Positions 15,857 to 25,910 of a DNA stretch of 63,377 nt are shown in pieces. Position 1 is the stretch's first letter; the number at the start of each line of letters is the position of its first letter. The translations under genes and the position numbers were made by a program. Below the pieces are notes generated by a model, which was not told the DNA's origin, did no database searches, and saw only the letters and a program-made list of their open reading frames with translations. Source of the DNA: Bacteroidia bacterium (GTDB lineage: Bacteria; Bacteroidota; Bacteroidia; JABEUT01); the NCBI GenBank assembly GCA_035486275.1, contig DATHNG010000217.1, forward strand, positions 1-63,377, in the 5' to 3' direction.

Positions 15857-17776
15857 TTACTTATAACTCCGCTGAGCTAAATGTACTTTTTCAAATTTCA
15901 ATTCTTCCTTATGTAATTCAGCTGGCTTATCCATTCCTTTATATTCCCATGCTGCTACGTAAGCAAAGTTTGCATCGTCGCGTTTTGCTTCACCTTCTTC
16001 AGTTTGCGATTCCTCTCGGAAGTGGCCACCACATGATTCCTTGCGGTTCAATGCATCGTCTATCATAAGTTCGCCAAGCTCCATAAAGTCAGCTACACGA
16101 CCTGCTTTTTCCAGATCAGGATTGAATTCTTTATCAGTACCTAATACACGTAAATCTTTCCAGAATTCTTCTCTCAATGCCCTTACAGCTGCTTTCGCTT
16201 CAAGTAATCCCTTTTCATTACGGGCCATACCGCAGTTGTTCCACATTATTTTTCCTAAACGCTTGTGGAAATGTTCTACGGATGTTTTACCCTTAACTGA
16301 CATTAGTTTTTCAATACGATCCTTAACTGCCTTTTCAGCCTCTGCAAATGCAGGGTGATCGGTAGGTATAGGCTTGGTTGCTATTTCATCAGCTAAGTAA
16401 GCACCAATAGTATATGGTAACACAAAGTATCCGTCAGCAAGGCCCTGCATTAACGCAGATGCACCTAAACGGTTTGCACCGTGGTCAGAGAAATTACATT
16501 CGCCCAATGCATATAAACCCGGTACGGTTGTCATCAGGTTATAATCTACCCAAATGCCACCCATTGTATAGTGGATTGCAGGATAGATACGCATAGGAAC
16601 TTTATACGGGTTTTCGCCTGTTATCTTTTCATACATTTCGAACAGGTTGCCATATTTTTCACTTACAACCGACTCGCCAAGTCTCTTGATAGAAGCGGCA
16701 AAATCTAAATATGCAGCTTGTTTTGAAGTACCTACTCCATAACCTGCATCACATCTTTCCTTAATAGCTCTAGATGCAACGTCGCGCGGAACAAGATTAC
16801 CAAAAGCGGGGTAACGCCTTTCCAGGAAATAATCTCTTTCTTCTTCAGGAATATCCTGCGGCTTACGAGGATCATCTTTCTTTTTAGGAACCCACACCCT
16901 TCCATCATTACGCAATGATTCTGACATCAGGGTAAGCTTAGATTGGTGATCGCCTGAGATTGGAATACATGTAGGGTGAATTTGTGTAAAGCAAGGGTTT
17001 CCGAAAAAAGCACCTTTCTTATATGCCTTCCAACCAGCAGTTACATTACAACCCATTGCGTTGGTAGATAAATAGAACACGTTGCCATATCCACCTGAAG
17101 CCAATACAACTGCATGACCAAAATGTCTTTCAATTTCACCGGTAATTAAGTTACGGGCAATAATACCACGTGCCTTACCATCAATTGTAACAACCTCAAG
17201 CATCTCGTGGCGGTTGTACATCTTAACCTGTTTCTTAGCTATCTGGCGGTTAAGCTCACTATACGCACCTAATAATAATTGCTGTCCCGTTTGTCCGCGT
17301 GCATAAAATGTACGCGATACCTGCACACCACCAAATGAACGGGTGTCAAGCAATCCTCCGTATTCTCTTGCAAAAGGAACGCCCTGTGCAACGCATTGGT
17401 CAATAATGTTGGCACTTACTTCAGCAAGGCGGTAAACATTCGCCTCTCTTGCACGGAAGTCACCACCTTTAATAGTATCGTAAAACAAACGGAAGGTACT
17501 ATCACCATCGTTTGCATAGTTCTTCGCCGCATTTATACCACCCTGTGCAGCAATACTGTGCGCACGGCGCGGACTATCCTGGAAACAAAATACTTTTACT
17601 TTATACCCAAGTTCTGCCAGTGAAGCAGCTGCCGATGCACCTGCAAGGCCCGAACCCACCACAATAATTTCCAAATGGCGTTTGTTGGCAGGGTTAACCA
17701 GTTTTACGGTTGAACGGTAGGTCGTCCACTTATCTTCCAGCTCTCCGCCGGGAATTTTTGAATCTAATGATGCCAT
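15857..17776 (-). CDS. sdhA: succinate dehydrogenase / fumarate reductase flavoprotein subunit
   Basis: It has the [21 protein letters not shown] dinucleotide fold and the [12 protein letters not shown] covalent-FAD histidine region. At 639 aa it matches the Bacteroidetes-type FrdA/SdhA. Confidence 0.95.
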   Translation of the reverse strand: MASLDSKIPGGELEDKWTTYRSTVKLVNPANKRHLEIIVVGSGLAGASAAASLAELGYKVKVFCFQDSPRRAHSIAAQGGINAAKNYANDGDSTFRLFYDTIKGGDFRAREANVYRLAEVSANIIDQCVAQGVPFAREYGGLLDTRSFGGVQVSRTFYARGQTGQQLLLGAYSELNRQIAKKQVKMYNRHEMLEVVTIDGKARGIIARNLITGEIERHFGHAVVLASGGYGNVFYLSTNAMGCNVTAGWKAYKKGAFFGNPCFTQIHPTCIPISGDHQSKLTLMSESLRNDGRVWVPKKKDDPRKPQDIPEEERDYFLERRYPAFGNLVPRDVASRAIKERCDAGYGVGTSKQAAYLDFAASIKRLGESVVSEKYGNLFEMYEKITGENPYKVPMRIYPAIHYTMGGIWVDYNLMTTVPGLYALGECNFSDHGANRLGASALMQGLADGYFVLPYTIGAYLADEIATKPIPTDHPAFAEAEKAVKDRIEKLMSVKGKTSVEHFHKRLGKIMWNNCGMARNEKGLLEAKAAVRALREEFWKDLRVLGTDKEFNPDLEKAGRVADFMELGELMIDDALNRKESCGGHFREESQTEEGEAKRDDANFAYVAAWEYKGMDKPAELHKEELKFEKVHLAQRSYK

Positions 17777-17810
17777 ACAGTCAGTTTATAAAGTTCGTAA
17801 AGTCAAAAGT

Positions 17811-18491
17811 TTATATTACTATTGATTTTCCAGCGATACCGAAGTAAAAAAGGATGGGGAAAGAAGCAAAAGCTATCCACATGATCCATGCGAATGCACT
17901 ACCCGCCATTTGCCATACCGGGGTATATTTTTTGTTGTTTAAGCCTAAGGTATGAAAAGCTGACCTGAACGCATGGTTCAGGTGAAAGAACAAAAAAGTA
18001 ACACCTATTACATATATAGCTACATATACTGGATCCTGGAAACCAATTTTTACCATTTGAGATATCGTGTGCCCATTGGTATTATGCAGAATACGATAAG
18101 GGAAGAAATAATGGTACAGGTGAATTACAATAAAGAACAATACTACTGAACCAGTTAAGCCCATATTGCGTGAGAACCATGAGCTACCCTCATGTGAGGT
18201 TGGCACAGCATATTTTATCGGGCGGGCTTTTCTGTTATCGTTGGTAATTATAAGCGCCTGCACAACGTGAATAATGATTGCTGCAAACAATACAATTTCT
18301 ATAATACGTATAAGTATGTTACGCACCGCATCGTGCGAATATTCATCAAAAGCCTTGCCACCATCGTTAAAGTAAAGCAGTATGTTGCCATACAAATGTT
18401 CAAGCAAGAACACGCACAGGAATAAACCCGTTGCGGCCATTACTACTTTTTTACCTACCGATGATGTGAGTTGTTGTTTGAAGGTCGTCAT
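17811..18491 (-). CDS. sdhC: succinate dehydrogenase cytochrome b subunit, b558 family
   Basis: This 226-aa protein has five predicted TM helices with conserved His residues. It lies directly upstream of sdhA with a 34-nt gap. Confidence 0.85.
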   Translation of the reverse strand: MTTFKQQLTSSVGKKVVMAATGLFLCVFLLEHLYGNILLYFNDGGKAFDEYSHDAVRNILIRIIEIVLFAAIIIHVVQALIITNDNRKARPIKYAVPTSHEGSSWFSRNMGLTGSVVLFFIVIHLYHYFFPYRILHNTNGHTISQMVKIGFQDPVYVAIYVIGVTFLFFHLNHAFRSAFHTLGLNNKKYTPVWQMAGSAFAWIMWIAFASFPILFYFGIAGKSIVI

Positions 18492-18582
18492 ATAGAATAC
18501 TTTTTTTTAGAACTGCGCCCCAAATTTACACTTGTTTTAATACGGTACAACGTGAAAAATGAATCTTTATTCAACAAGTCAA

Positions 18583-18661
18583 TAGAACGCAGATACTGCA
18601 GATTATTAAACAAGATAAACACAGATAAATATCAGTGAATATCCGCGTTATCCGTGTTCTA
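18583..18661. repeat. GAACGCAGAT-type palindromic REP, copy E1
   Basis: The sequence is tagaacgcagatactgcagat ... atccgcgttatccgtgttcta. The two arms are inverted copies of each other. Confidence 0.75.
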
Positions 18662-18734
18662 TTCATTTTCTTTGTCCCGGTTCCTTCATTAAGCATTAAG
18701 CATTTAAAATTCAACATTCCGCCAAGGGCGGCAA

Positions 18735-18835
18735 GGTGTTTCAGGGGGTTTCCGTTTTTAGCCCTTTTAAAATCGTCAACTAATTGATTATAAACATATT
18801 AAGGGTTTCAGTGCCTCAAAAAACAGAAACCCCCT
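18735..18835 (+). mobile_element. ~100-bp MITE-like palindromic element, copy C2
   Basis: Left end agggggtttccgttttt (18743-18759) matches the reverse complement of right end aaaaacagaaaccccct (18819-18835) at 16 of 17 positions. It encodes no transposase. Confidence 0.65.
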
Positions 18836-18927
18836 ATTTTGATGTTTTTTATTTGCCAGGTTTTATGGGCTGTTAATAATTATGTTACATAATATAAACG
18901 TAATGTTTATATCAGATTGATATTTGC

Positions 18928-19593
18928 ATGATAATACCATTCATATTACACATGAACACAACCGATGCATCTAAAAATAAAATTGAAGCCCTTTTCAAAC
19001 AACCTTTTATAACTGCCGAAGACTATAATAACCTTAGCCCGGAGGAAAAAGGGCTATTCAAAGAAGAACAGGCACGGCTTTTCAAAGAACTGAAAGGGAA
19101 GGAATTATCTGCTTTGTTAGATAAAGTGCATGAAACCTTACCTGCAAACTTAAATGAGGAATTATGGGAACTAAACCATGACAAGATATGTTCGGTCATT
19201 AATAAGGCATTGCTGACAAAAAACCGTATGCCCTCGAAAACAGAAATAGCAAAAGAAACAGGGTTAAGCCTGGTAACTATTCGCAAGCATTTGAAAGAGC
19301 ATGCAACGAACATATTGAACATTGAAAGAAAAGAACAATATAAGTTTATGGAACAGGCGCTGATGGCTGCACTTTATAATAAAAGTATTATGGGTGACGT
19401 AAACGCCATAAAATTCTTTTTTGAAGCCACCGGCTTACGCAATACCGGTAGCAAGGGCAACAATATTATTGCCAACCAAAATAACTATATTCAAATAAAC
19501 AACCTGAAACTAAGCCAGGAAGAATTGGAGAAGTTAAGCCCTGAGCAATTGATGCAGATTGAAGCAATTGTAAAAAGGAATTCTACAGACTAG
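18928..19593 (+). CDS. hypothetical HTH-containing protein (phage-regulator / small-terminase-like flavour)
   Basis: MPSKTEIAKETGLSLVTIRKHLKEH reads as a helix-turn-helix. The GDVNAIKFFFEATGL tail resembles phage small-terminase-type proteins. An alternative start, MNTTD, is at 18952. No family assignment is possible by eye. Confidence 0.45.
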   Translation: MIIPFILHMNTTDASKNKIEALFKQPFITAEDYNNLSPEEKGLFKEEQARLFKELKGKELSALLDKVHETLPANLNEELWELNHDKICSVINKALLTKNRMPSKTEIAKETGLSLVTIRKHLKEHATNILNIERKEQYKFMEQALMAALYNKSIMGDVNAIKFFFEATGLRNTGSKGNNIIANQNNYIQINNLKLSQEELEKLSPEQLMQIEAIVKRNSTD

Positions 19594-19605
19594 TGATTTA
19601 CTTTA

Positions 19606-20508
19606 CTAATAAAACTCATAATAATACTTTTTCCGTTCTTCTATTATGCCACTCCTATAATCAATTTCTTCAACTATATTTCCATTATTATCATAGTAGC
19701 TTTGTATGATAGCATTATCACAAATAAATTTCACTTCTTTTCCATCCTTCGAATATTCAGAGATCTGTTTTCCCCTTATACTTCCATCATTAGCATCATA
19801 AGTTATATATTCAGTAGTGTTCCAATTACTATCAAATTTCTCTGTATCAATGACCGACAATTCATTATTTCCATTATAGTTCTTTGTTACTTTAAAACGC
19901 TTATTCTCATTGTAACAATGCACATATTTTCTATCTAAATAATAAATTCGCTTACCATTATCAATATCTGATGTAATTCCACTATCTAATATCATACGCC
20001 CTTTTTCATCATATTTATAAATGGTGTAATAAATCAAATTGGAATTTGAATCAAACATGTCATTTCTTATGACCCCACCGTTTTTATCAAATTCATACGT
20101 ATTTATTGTTTTAATGTGCCCTTTTCCATAAGAAATGTCTTTGATCTCTTGCCCTTTCATATTAAAGAATCCGATTGACTCATATACTACTTCTCCATTC
20201 ATATTGTATTGTTTTGAAGTATCACTCATTTTCCCATTATTATTAACACTTATTGTCTGCATATCCAAATTCCCGTCGATCGTAAACTCATCTTCTTTTA
20301 TTGGATTACCTTTTTTATCATACTCCTTATACATAGTTTTCACACCTTTAGTTAAGGCAGAATCACCATTATAAGTATAAGTGGTGATACTTTTTATTTT
20401 GTTTTTGATTATTCTGTTATGTTCCATTTCAGACCCATCGGCAAACGGTATATTTTGACCACTTGAATCAAGTACCACTAATAATAATATGACAATAAAA
20501 GATCTCAT
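19606..20508 (-). CDS. secreted YD-repeat-like protein (300 aa)
   Basis: It has the signal peptide MRSFIVILLLVVLDSSGQ. Y-x-[YF]-D-x-x-G motifs recur: KEYDKKGN, YEFDKNGG, YKYDEKGR, ITYDANDGS, SYYDNNGN. Its codon usage is very AT-rich compared with its neighbours. Confidence 0.5.
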   Translation of the reverse strand: MRSFIVILLLVVLDSSGQNIPFADGSEMEHNRIIKNKIKSITTYTYNGDSALTKGVKTMYKEYDKKGNPIKEDEFTIDGNLDMQTISVNNNGKMSDTSKQYNMNGEVVYESIGFFNMKGQEIKDISYGKGHIKTINTYEFDKNGGVIRNDMFDSNSNLIYYTIYKYDEKGRMILDSGITSDIDNGKRIYYLDRKYVHCYNENKRFKVTKNYNGNNELSVIDTEKFDSNWNTTEYITYDANDGSIRGKQISEYSKDGKEVKFICDNAIIQSYYDNNGNIVEEIDYRSGIIEERKKYYYEFY

Positions 20509-20571
20509 TATATAATTTTGTGCTTGATTTATTTAATCTTAATGGTTGCCTTGTGTAAATATACAAATGAT

Positions 20572-20720
20572 ATGCCAGCGGCATAACCGCTTGGTAACAA
20601 TTTAATACGTAACATCAATCATGTGCCGTCGGCACAACCCAATATAACTAGGATAGTACCTCCGGTACATTGCAATCTCATGTTGATCATTTTTTACCAA
20701 GCTTTTGTCCCTAAAGGGAC
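20572..20720. repeat. array of four short GC-stem hairpins
   Basis: The four hairpins are atgcc-agc-ggcat (20572-20584), gtgcc-gtc-ggcac (20623-20635), gtacc-tcc-ggtac (20656-20668) and gtccc-taaa-gggac (20707-20720). The first two are each followed by AACC. Confidence 0.7.
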
Positions 20721-20964
20721 ATTTTTTCTAATAACTTCATTTAGTTAGGCTATTTACCCCTCTTTTCATCTATTCCCTTTACTTGTTTACAAGGCGTTTT
20801 CTGCTATTTACAGAAAATTATAAACCACAGGCATATCACGGCACTAAATTGCATTTACAAATTAAACTGGTCTAATACTTAAATAAAAAGCATGACAGAA
20901 AACTCCGGTTCTTTTTTTCAATGTTCTCTGGTTCTTTAAAAATTAACCAATAAAATCAAAAGTC

Positions 20965-21885
20965 ATGAAAACACAAAAAATTTTATTAAGTGGCATTCTG
21001 GGCCTGGCTGTTGCGGGGCTTACCCTTAACGGATGTCATAAAGATAACGCAACTGCGCCGGTTACAAATACAAACCAAAATGTGATGGCAGCAGAAGATG
21101 ATGCAAATGGTACCTATGCATCAAATGATTCGAAAAATATAGCAGATGCTTCAATGCAGTCTCAATCTGCTTCCGGCAGCGCTGATAAGGAAGCTTCACA
21201 TAAACTAAGTTTAATTTATGGCGATTGTGCAAAGGTTACAGGAAATGATACCATAGTTGGTGGTGCGCAGGATACTGTTATTCATATTGAATTTGGTACT
21301 ACTGATTGCTTTTGTTTCGATAAGAGAAACAGAAGAGGTACCATTATAGTATACTGGGGCCTGCAACACCCCGGTGAATCATGGTTCCAGGCCTATTCTG
21401 ACTCCGGCAACACTATAACCCTTACATTCAAGGATTACTATTTAAGAGATAATGGTATATCCGGAACAAGAACATGGACCAATGAAGGGCATAATGTAAA
21501 TGGTTATCAAAACTGGAATTTTACAGCTAACCTTACTATTACCTACCCTAATAGTCAAACAGCTACCTGGGTAGCTGCGCGTAATAATGCAATTACACAG
21601 GTCGATAATGTATGGTATTATGAGGTTAGCGGTAACGGGCATGGTATGTCCAGAGATGGTAATAGCTATACCGTTACAATTGCCAGCCCTATTTATGTTA
21701 CCGTGTTACCATGGTGGGCTGGCGGATGTCCATGGCCTGAAGCAGGTATTGTTACAATTACTCGCACTTCACCTGCCGGTGGCAACTCTGTTACTATGAC
21801 AGTCAACTATGGCACATTAGGCGATTGCAACGCTAACAAAACTGTTACTGTATCGGGTAGCACCCAAACAATTGCAATGTGGTAA
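20965..21885 (+). CDS. lipoprotein of unknown function
   Basis: It has the lipobox LAVAGLTLNGC. It is followed by a clean terminator hairpin. Confidence 0.6.
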   Translation: MKTQKILLSGILGLAVAGLTLNGCHKDNATAPVTNTNQNVMAAEDDANGTYASNDSKNIADASMQSQSASGSADKEASHKLSLIYGDCAKVTGNDTIVGGAQDTVIHIEFGTTDCFCFDKRNRRGTIIVYWGLQHPGESWFQAYSDSGNTITLTFKDYYLRDNGISGTRTWTNEGHNVNGYQNWNFTANLTITYPNSQTATWVAARNNAITQVDNVWYYEVSGNGHGMSRDGNSYTVTIASPIYVTVLPWWAGGCPWPEAGIVTITRTSPAGGNSVTMTVNYGTLGDCNANKTVTVSGSTQTIAMW

Positions 21886-21907
21886 AGGTCAAATGAATTA
21901 AGAAAAG

Positions 21908-21940
21908 AAATTGCCCCGGGTTTCCCGGGGCAATTTTTTT
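21908..21940 (+). terminator. rho-independent terminator of the lipoprotein gene
   Basis: The sequence is ttgccccggg-ttt-cccggggcaa followed by TTTTTTT. Confidence 0.85.
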
Positions 21941-22055
21941 AGGTTACAGGCAAGATTTTAAATTATAAAAAAACTCTGTTGAAAAAATACCTTATAAAGA
22001 GAGAAAGGATGCTTTTTTTAGCTATACTTTTGTATCGTTATTCAGTGTAATAAAA

Positions 22056-22136
22056 CAGAACGCTGATGACGCTGATTGATTAAGATATTCTCTGAAGTCG
22101 TACTGGATCATAAAAATCTGCGTTTATCTGCGTTCC
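22056..22136. repeat. GAACGCAGAT-type palindromic REP, copy E2
   Basis: The sequence is cagaacgctgatgacgctgat ... atctgcgtttatctgcgttcc. Confidence 0.75.
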
Positions 22137-22150
22137 ATAATTGTATATAG

Positions 22151-22489
22151 ATGCATCCTACAATTAAAAAGATACTTGGCTATTTGCGTAATAAATATTT
22201 TACGGCAACCATGCTTTTTCTGGTGTGGTTATGTTTCTTCGACAGAAACGACATTATATCGGAGGCCAAGCTTATTTATAAAATAAATAAACTTAAAACC
22301 GAACGCACCTATTTTCAAAAGCAAACCGATATTGCAAACGAAGAGCTAAAAGAATTGCAGACAGATCCCGCCAGTCTTGAAAAATTTGCCCGTGAAAAGT
22401 ACCTGATGAAAAAAGATAACGAAGATGTTTACGTTATCACCGACAAGAATAGCCATTTGCTAGATACCCTGCACACGACTCCAAAATAG
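22151..22489 (+). CDS. septum formation initiator family protein (FtsB/DivIC-like)
   Basis: It has a single N-terminal TM helix, then a coiled coil (KLKTERTYFQKQTDIANEELKELQ). The conserved tail is EKFAREKYLMKKDNEDVYVI. Confidence 0.75.
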   Translation: MHPTIKKILGYLRNKYFTATMLFLVWLCFFDRNDIISEAKLIYKINKLKTERTYFQKQTDIANEELKELQTDPASLEKFAREKYLMKKDNEDVYVITDKNSHLLDTLHTTPK

Positions 22490-22500
22490 CCCGCCTTTTT

Positions 22501-22965
22501 ATGACTATTCGTCCTTATTCCCCTGCTGACGCTATTAAGTGTCGTGAAATATTCATCAGCAACGTACCTAAGTATTTTGCTCAAGAGGAACTTGAAAAAC
22601 TTGATAACTGGCTGGACGCACTCCACAATGGCACTGTTCCTTCCTATGCCGAAGCCATTTACTTTTATGTACTAGAGGTTGAAAATGAAATTATTGGCGC
22701 TGCCGGTTTCTATTTAATGAAGGGAGAGAACAATGGGCAACTGAATTGGGGCATGGTGCATGCCGATCACCACAACAAAGGATACGGGAAATTGCTTTTT
22801 GATTACCGCGTAAATAAAATAAAAGAAATTGCTCCTAGCCGTCAGGCTACCTTATGGACAAGTCAATATACTTACGCCTTTTTTGAAAAGCTGGGAATGA
22901 AAATAGTAAAAATTACTCCCAATGGGTTTGGCTTTGGTTTTGATAAGTATGAAATGAGCCTTTAA
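22501..22965 (+). CDS. GNAT family N-acetyltransferase
   Basis: The 154-aa size fits the family. IIGAAGFY...[16 protein letters not shown] reads as the acetyl-CoA binding motif A region. Confidence 0.75.
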   Translation: MTIRPYSPADAIKCREIFISNVPKYFAQEELEKLDNWLDALHNGTVPSYAEAIYFYVLEVENEIIGAAGFYLMKGENNGQLNWGMVHADHHNKGYGKLLFDYRVNKIKEIAPSRQATLWTSQYTYAFFEKLGMKIVKITPNGFGFGFDKYEMSL

Positions 22966-24527
22966 CTTTTATGCAAACCAAACACCTTTCGTAAGGTATC
23001 AGCTATTTCGCCAAGTGTAACGTAATTCTCACAAGCTTCAATAATTGCCGGCATCAGGTTCACATCTTCCCTTGCGTTCTTTTCAAGCAAGGTAAGTGAT
23101 GCTTTTACCTTATCATTATTACGCTCAGCTTTTACCTTGTTTATCTTATCGATCTGGTACTGGCGGATGGAATCATCAACGGTAAACAGATTTTCCGGCC
23201 TCTTCTCCTCTACCTCAAACTTATTTACACCCACAATTATCTTCTCTCCTTTCTCAATATCATCCTGGTATTTAAAGGCCGAGCTTGCAATTTCGTTTTG
23301 CATATAGCTCTTTTCAATTGCCTTTACAGCGCCACCCATCTTCTCGATCTTGTTCAGGTATTCCCAGGCTTTTGCTTCTACTTCATTCGTAAGTGCCTCA
23401 ATAAAATAAGAACCGGCAAGCGGGTCAACCGTTTGCGGAACCCCACTTTCATAGCCTATTACCTGTTGGGTACGTAATGCAATGCGAGCTGCTTCTTCAG
23501 TTGGTAATGCAAGGGCCTCGTCAAAGCCATTTGTATGTAACGATTGTGTACCACCCATAACTGCGGACAAAGCCTGTATGGTTACACGAATAATATTGTT
23601 CTGTGGTTGCTGTGCTGTGAGTGTAGAGCCTGCTGTTTGTGTATGAAACCTCAGCATCTGTGCCTGCACATCAGTCGCGCCAAGGTCTTTGGTGATCTTT
23701 GCCCACATACGCCTTGCTGCACGGAACTTGGCTACCTCTTCAAACAAATTATTATGCGCATTGAAAAAGAACGACAAACGCCTTGCAAATACATTAATAT
23801 CCAAGCCTTTTTTAATAGCTGCCTGCACATACTCGCGACCATTAGCCAGTGTAAACGCAAGTTCCTGCACGGCTGTAGATCCCGCCTCGCGAATATGATA
23901 CCCCGAAATGGAAATAGTATTCCACTTTGGCACTTCTTTGCTGCAATACTCAAAAATATCGGTAATAATGCGCATGGAAGGCGTTGGAGGATAGATATAG
24001 GTACCTCTTGCAGCGTATTCCTTTAAAATATCATTCTGTATGGTACCGGATATCTTCTTTACATCCGAGCCTTTCTTTTTCGCTAGGGCAATATACATCC
24101 CCAATAAAATAGATGCGGTAGAATTGATGGTCATTGATGTAGATACTTTCTCAAGGTCAATTCCATCAAATAGAATTTCCATATCCTTAAGTGTATCTAT
24201 TGCAACACCCGATTTACCTACTTCCCCTTCCGAAAGTTCATGGCTGGAATCGTAGCCCATTTGGGTAGGCAGGTCAAATGCAACCGACAAACCGGTAGTA
24301 CCGTTGTTCAATAAATAATGGTAACGCTTATTCGATTCCTCAGCGGTGGAGAACCCTGCATACTGGCGCATGGTCCATAGTTTACTGCGGTACATATCAG
24401 GGTACACACCACGGGTAAACGGGTATTGCCCAGGTTGTTCATCAGGTATATCCTGCTTTGGGTAGATGCGTTTTATTTCAATACCTGAATCGGTAAAATA
24501 TTTTTGTTCCTCTGATGGTTTGCTCAT
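22962..24527 (-). CDS. methylmalonyl-CoA mutase family protein, catalytic (N-terminal) domain only
   Basis: [30 protein letters not shown] and [10 protein letters not shown] are classic MCM/ICM large-subunit motifs. There is no B12-binding domain in this ORF. It overlaps the GNAT stop by 4 nt (TTAA). Confidence 0.9.
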   Translation of the reverse strand: MSKPSEEQKYFTDSGIEIKRIYPKQDIPDEQPGQYPFTRGVYPDMYRSKLWTMRQYAGFSTAEESNKRYHYLLNNGTTGLSVAFDLPTQMGYDSSHELSEGEVGKSGVAIDTLKDMEILFDGIDLEKVSTSMTINSTASILLGMYIALAKKKGSDVKKISGTIQNDILKEYAARGTYIYPPTPSMRIITDIFEYCSKEVPKWNTISISGYHIREAGSTAVQELAFTLANGREYVQAAIKKGLDINVFARRLSFFFNAHNNLFEEVAKFRAARRMWAKITKDLGATDVQAQMLRFHTQTAGSTLTAQQPQNNIIRVTIQALSAVMGGTQSLHTNGFDEALALPTEEAARIALRTQQVIGYESGVPQTVDPLAGSYFIEALTNEVEAKAWEYLNKIEKMGGAVKAIEKSYMQNEIASSAFKYQDDIEKGEKIIVGVNKFEVEEKRPENLFTVDDSIRQYQIDKINKVKAERNNDKVKASLTLLEKNAREDVNLMPAIIEACENYVTLGEIADTLRKVFGLHKS

Positions 24528-24606
24528 AGTGAAGCAGTTTTAGCAGGGGCAAATATAGGGAATGAAGTGGAAAGGGGTTAACATAGCGTTCGCATAGCTA
24601 AGGGAA

Positions 24607-24680
24607 CTACACAGAGCTACTTTCTCTGTAAAAATCCGTACTTCTCTGTGTCAGCTATGTGGCAATACAACAAAAAAATA
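24607..24680 (+). repeat. ACAGAGCTACTTTCTC-type repeat, copy D1 (left flank of the ABC cassette)
   Basis: The sequence is ctacacagagctactttctctgtaaaaatccgtacttctctgtgtcagctatgtggcaatacaacaaaaaaatag. Confidence 0.75.
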
Positions 24681-24783
24681 GCTTAAGATTCCACCAAAAC
24701 TTACAATATATATTCATTTATAACGTATTAAGCACTAGATCTTTAATATCCGGTTCACATTTAGTGCCTAGTTAATTACCATA

Positions 24784-25083
24784 ATGAATAAAGTAAAAGC
24801 CATCTTTATATATTATTCTCAACTATTTGTTCCAACTTCTATCTGTTCTTTAGTAGCAAGTGGAGTTGTACATAGCTATGGATGGATCCTTTTCACAATA
24901 GCATTCTGGTTTAAGATTATAACTACACTGGTTATCATTTATTTTAATAATATGTTTCGAGAAGATGAAATATATTTTTATTACAACCGTGGCATTAGAA
25001 GAACAAAATTATTTGGCAGTATAGTTACAATCGATATGATACTTTTTATTTTAATACTTATTCTATTCTTTCAACCAAGGTAA
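24784..25083 (+). CDS. small 3-TM membrane protein (99 aa)
   Basis: It has three hydrophobic helices. It is AT-rich. A 2-nt gap separates it from the following ABC ATPase gene. Confidence 0.5.
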   Translation: MNKVKAIFIYYSQLFVPTSICSLVASGVVHSYGWILFTIAFWFKIITTLVIIYFNNMFREDEIYFYYNRGIRRTKLFGSIVTIDMILFILILILFFQPR

Positions 25084-25085
25084 GC

Positions 25086-25745
25086 ATGGGTGATGTCCTG
25101 ACAATTGATAGCGTAATTATAGCATTCAGGGAGAAGAAAGTGCTAAGCAATATATTTATGCGGTTTGAAACAGGTAGCATAACAGGCATATTTGGAAGGA
25201 ATGGTACCGGAAAATCTACTTTGATGAAAATAATTTTTGGAACACTAGAACTGGAAGAAAAGTCGATAAGAATAAATGAAAAAAGGATACAAACACCATA
25301 CAAGGAAGAAGGTATAATGGGCTATTTACCGCAAGATGATTTTGTACCCGGCCATATAAAACTTAAAACGGCATTAAACATATATGAGATTGATCCCGAA
25401 GAATTAATAAGTGATTTTCCAGTATTCAATGGTCTGATGAATGAAAAAATGAAAAACCTTTCAGGAGGAGAACATAGACTGGCAGAGTGTTACATGATAT
25501 TGAAGAAAAAAGCGAAGTTTGTTTTACTCGATGAACCGTTCTCCTATCTTGCTCCGCTTCAGGTTCAGAAACTAAAAGAGATAATGAAATTGGAAAAGAG
25601 TAATAAAGGTATAATTATTACTGACCACATGTATAAAGATGTTCAGGAGGTTAGTGACACCATGTATTTATTACATCAAGGCAAGAGCCATAGTATTACA
25701 AATGAAAACCAACTTATTGAATTTGGGTATATAAATAGAAAATAA
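25086..25745 (+). CDS. ABC transporter ATP-binding protein (stand-alone NBD, 219 aa)
   Basis: All NBD motifs are intact: Walker A GRNGTGKST, Q-loop YLPQD, signature LSGGEHR, Walker B VLLDEP and H-loop ITDHMY. Confidence 0.85.
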   Translation: MGDVLTIDSVIIAFREKKVLSNIFMRFETGSITGIFGRNGTGKSTLMKIIFGTLELEEKSIRINEKRIQTPYKEEGIMGYLPQDDFVPGHIKLKTALNIYEIDPEELISDFPVFNGLMNEKMKNLSGGEHRLAECYMILKKKAKFVLLDEPFSYLAPLQVQKLKEIMKLEKSNKGIIITDHMYKDVQEVSDTMYLLHQGKSHSITNENQLIEFGYINRK

Positions 25746-25823
25746 CAGCTTAACCTGTGAACTATTTTCATCATTTATTATGCTTACTTCGAATTTAGGC
25801 ATTTCAACTCAAAACTAAATCAG

Positions 25824-25910
25824 GTACAAAGAGCTACTTTCTCAGTGAAACTCTATGCTTCTCCGTATACTCTGTGTTGAATGAATTATAGCTATACAAC
25901 CAAAAAATAG
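25824..25910 (+). repeat. ACAGAGCTACTTTCTC-type repeat, copy D2 (right flank of the ABC cassette)
   Basis: The sequence is gtacaaagagctactttctcagtgaaactctatgcttctccgtatactctgtgttgaatgaattatagctatacaaccaaaaaatag. It is in the same orientation as D1. Confidence 0.75.

Noticed and set aside
22962-22965. 4-nt convergent overlap (TTAA) of the GNAT and mutase stop codons, plus 1-nt stop/start overlaps at 6179 and 46693
   Set aside because: The overlaps are real. They are ordinary features of compact bacterial genomes and are used here only as evidence for gene coupling, not as findings.
23544-24026. 160-aa ORF (and others nearby) antisense to the mutase gene
   Set aside because: These are typical antisense open frames within a strongly conserved gene, Cys/His/Arg-rich and without motifs. 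The same reasoning applies to 45451..45915 (antisense to tdh), 55735..56238 (antisense to cysN), 62071..62704 (antisense to ABC-F) and 32789..33178.
24528-24783. Possible cobalamin riboswitch upstream of the B12-dependent mutase gene
   Set aside because: I could not find a B12-box-like GCCACTG core or the expected GC-rich multi-stem region. The spacer is instead occupied by the D1 repeat.
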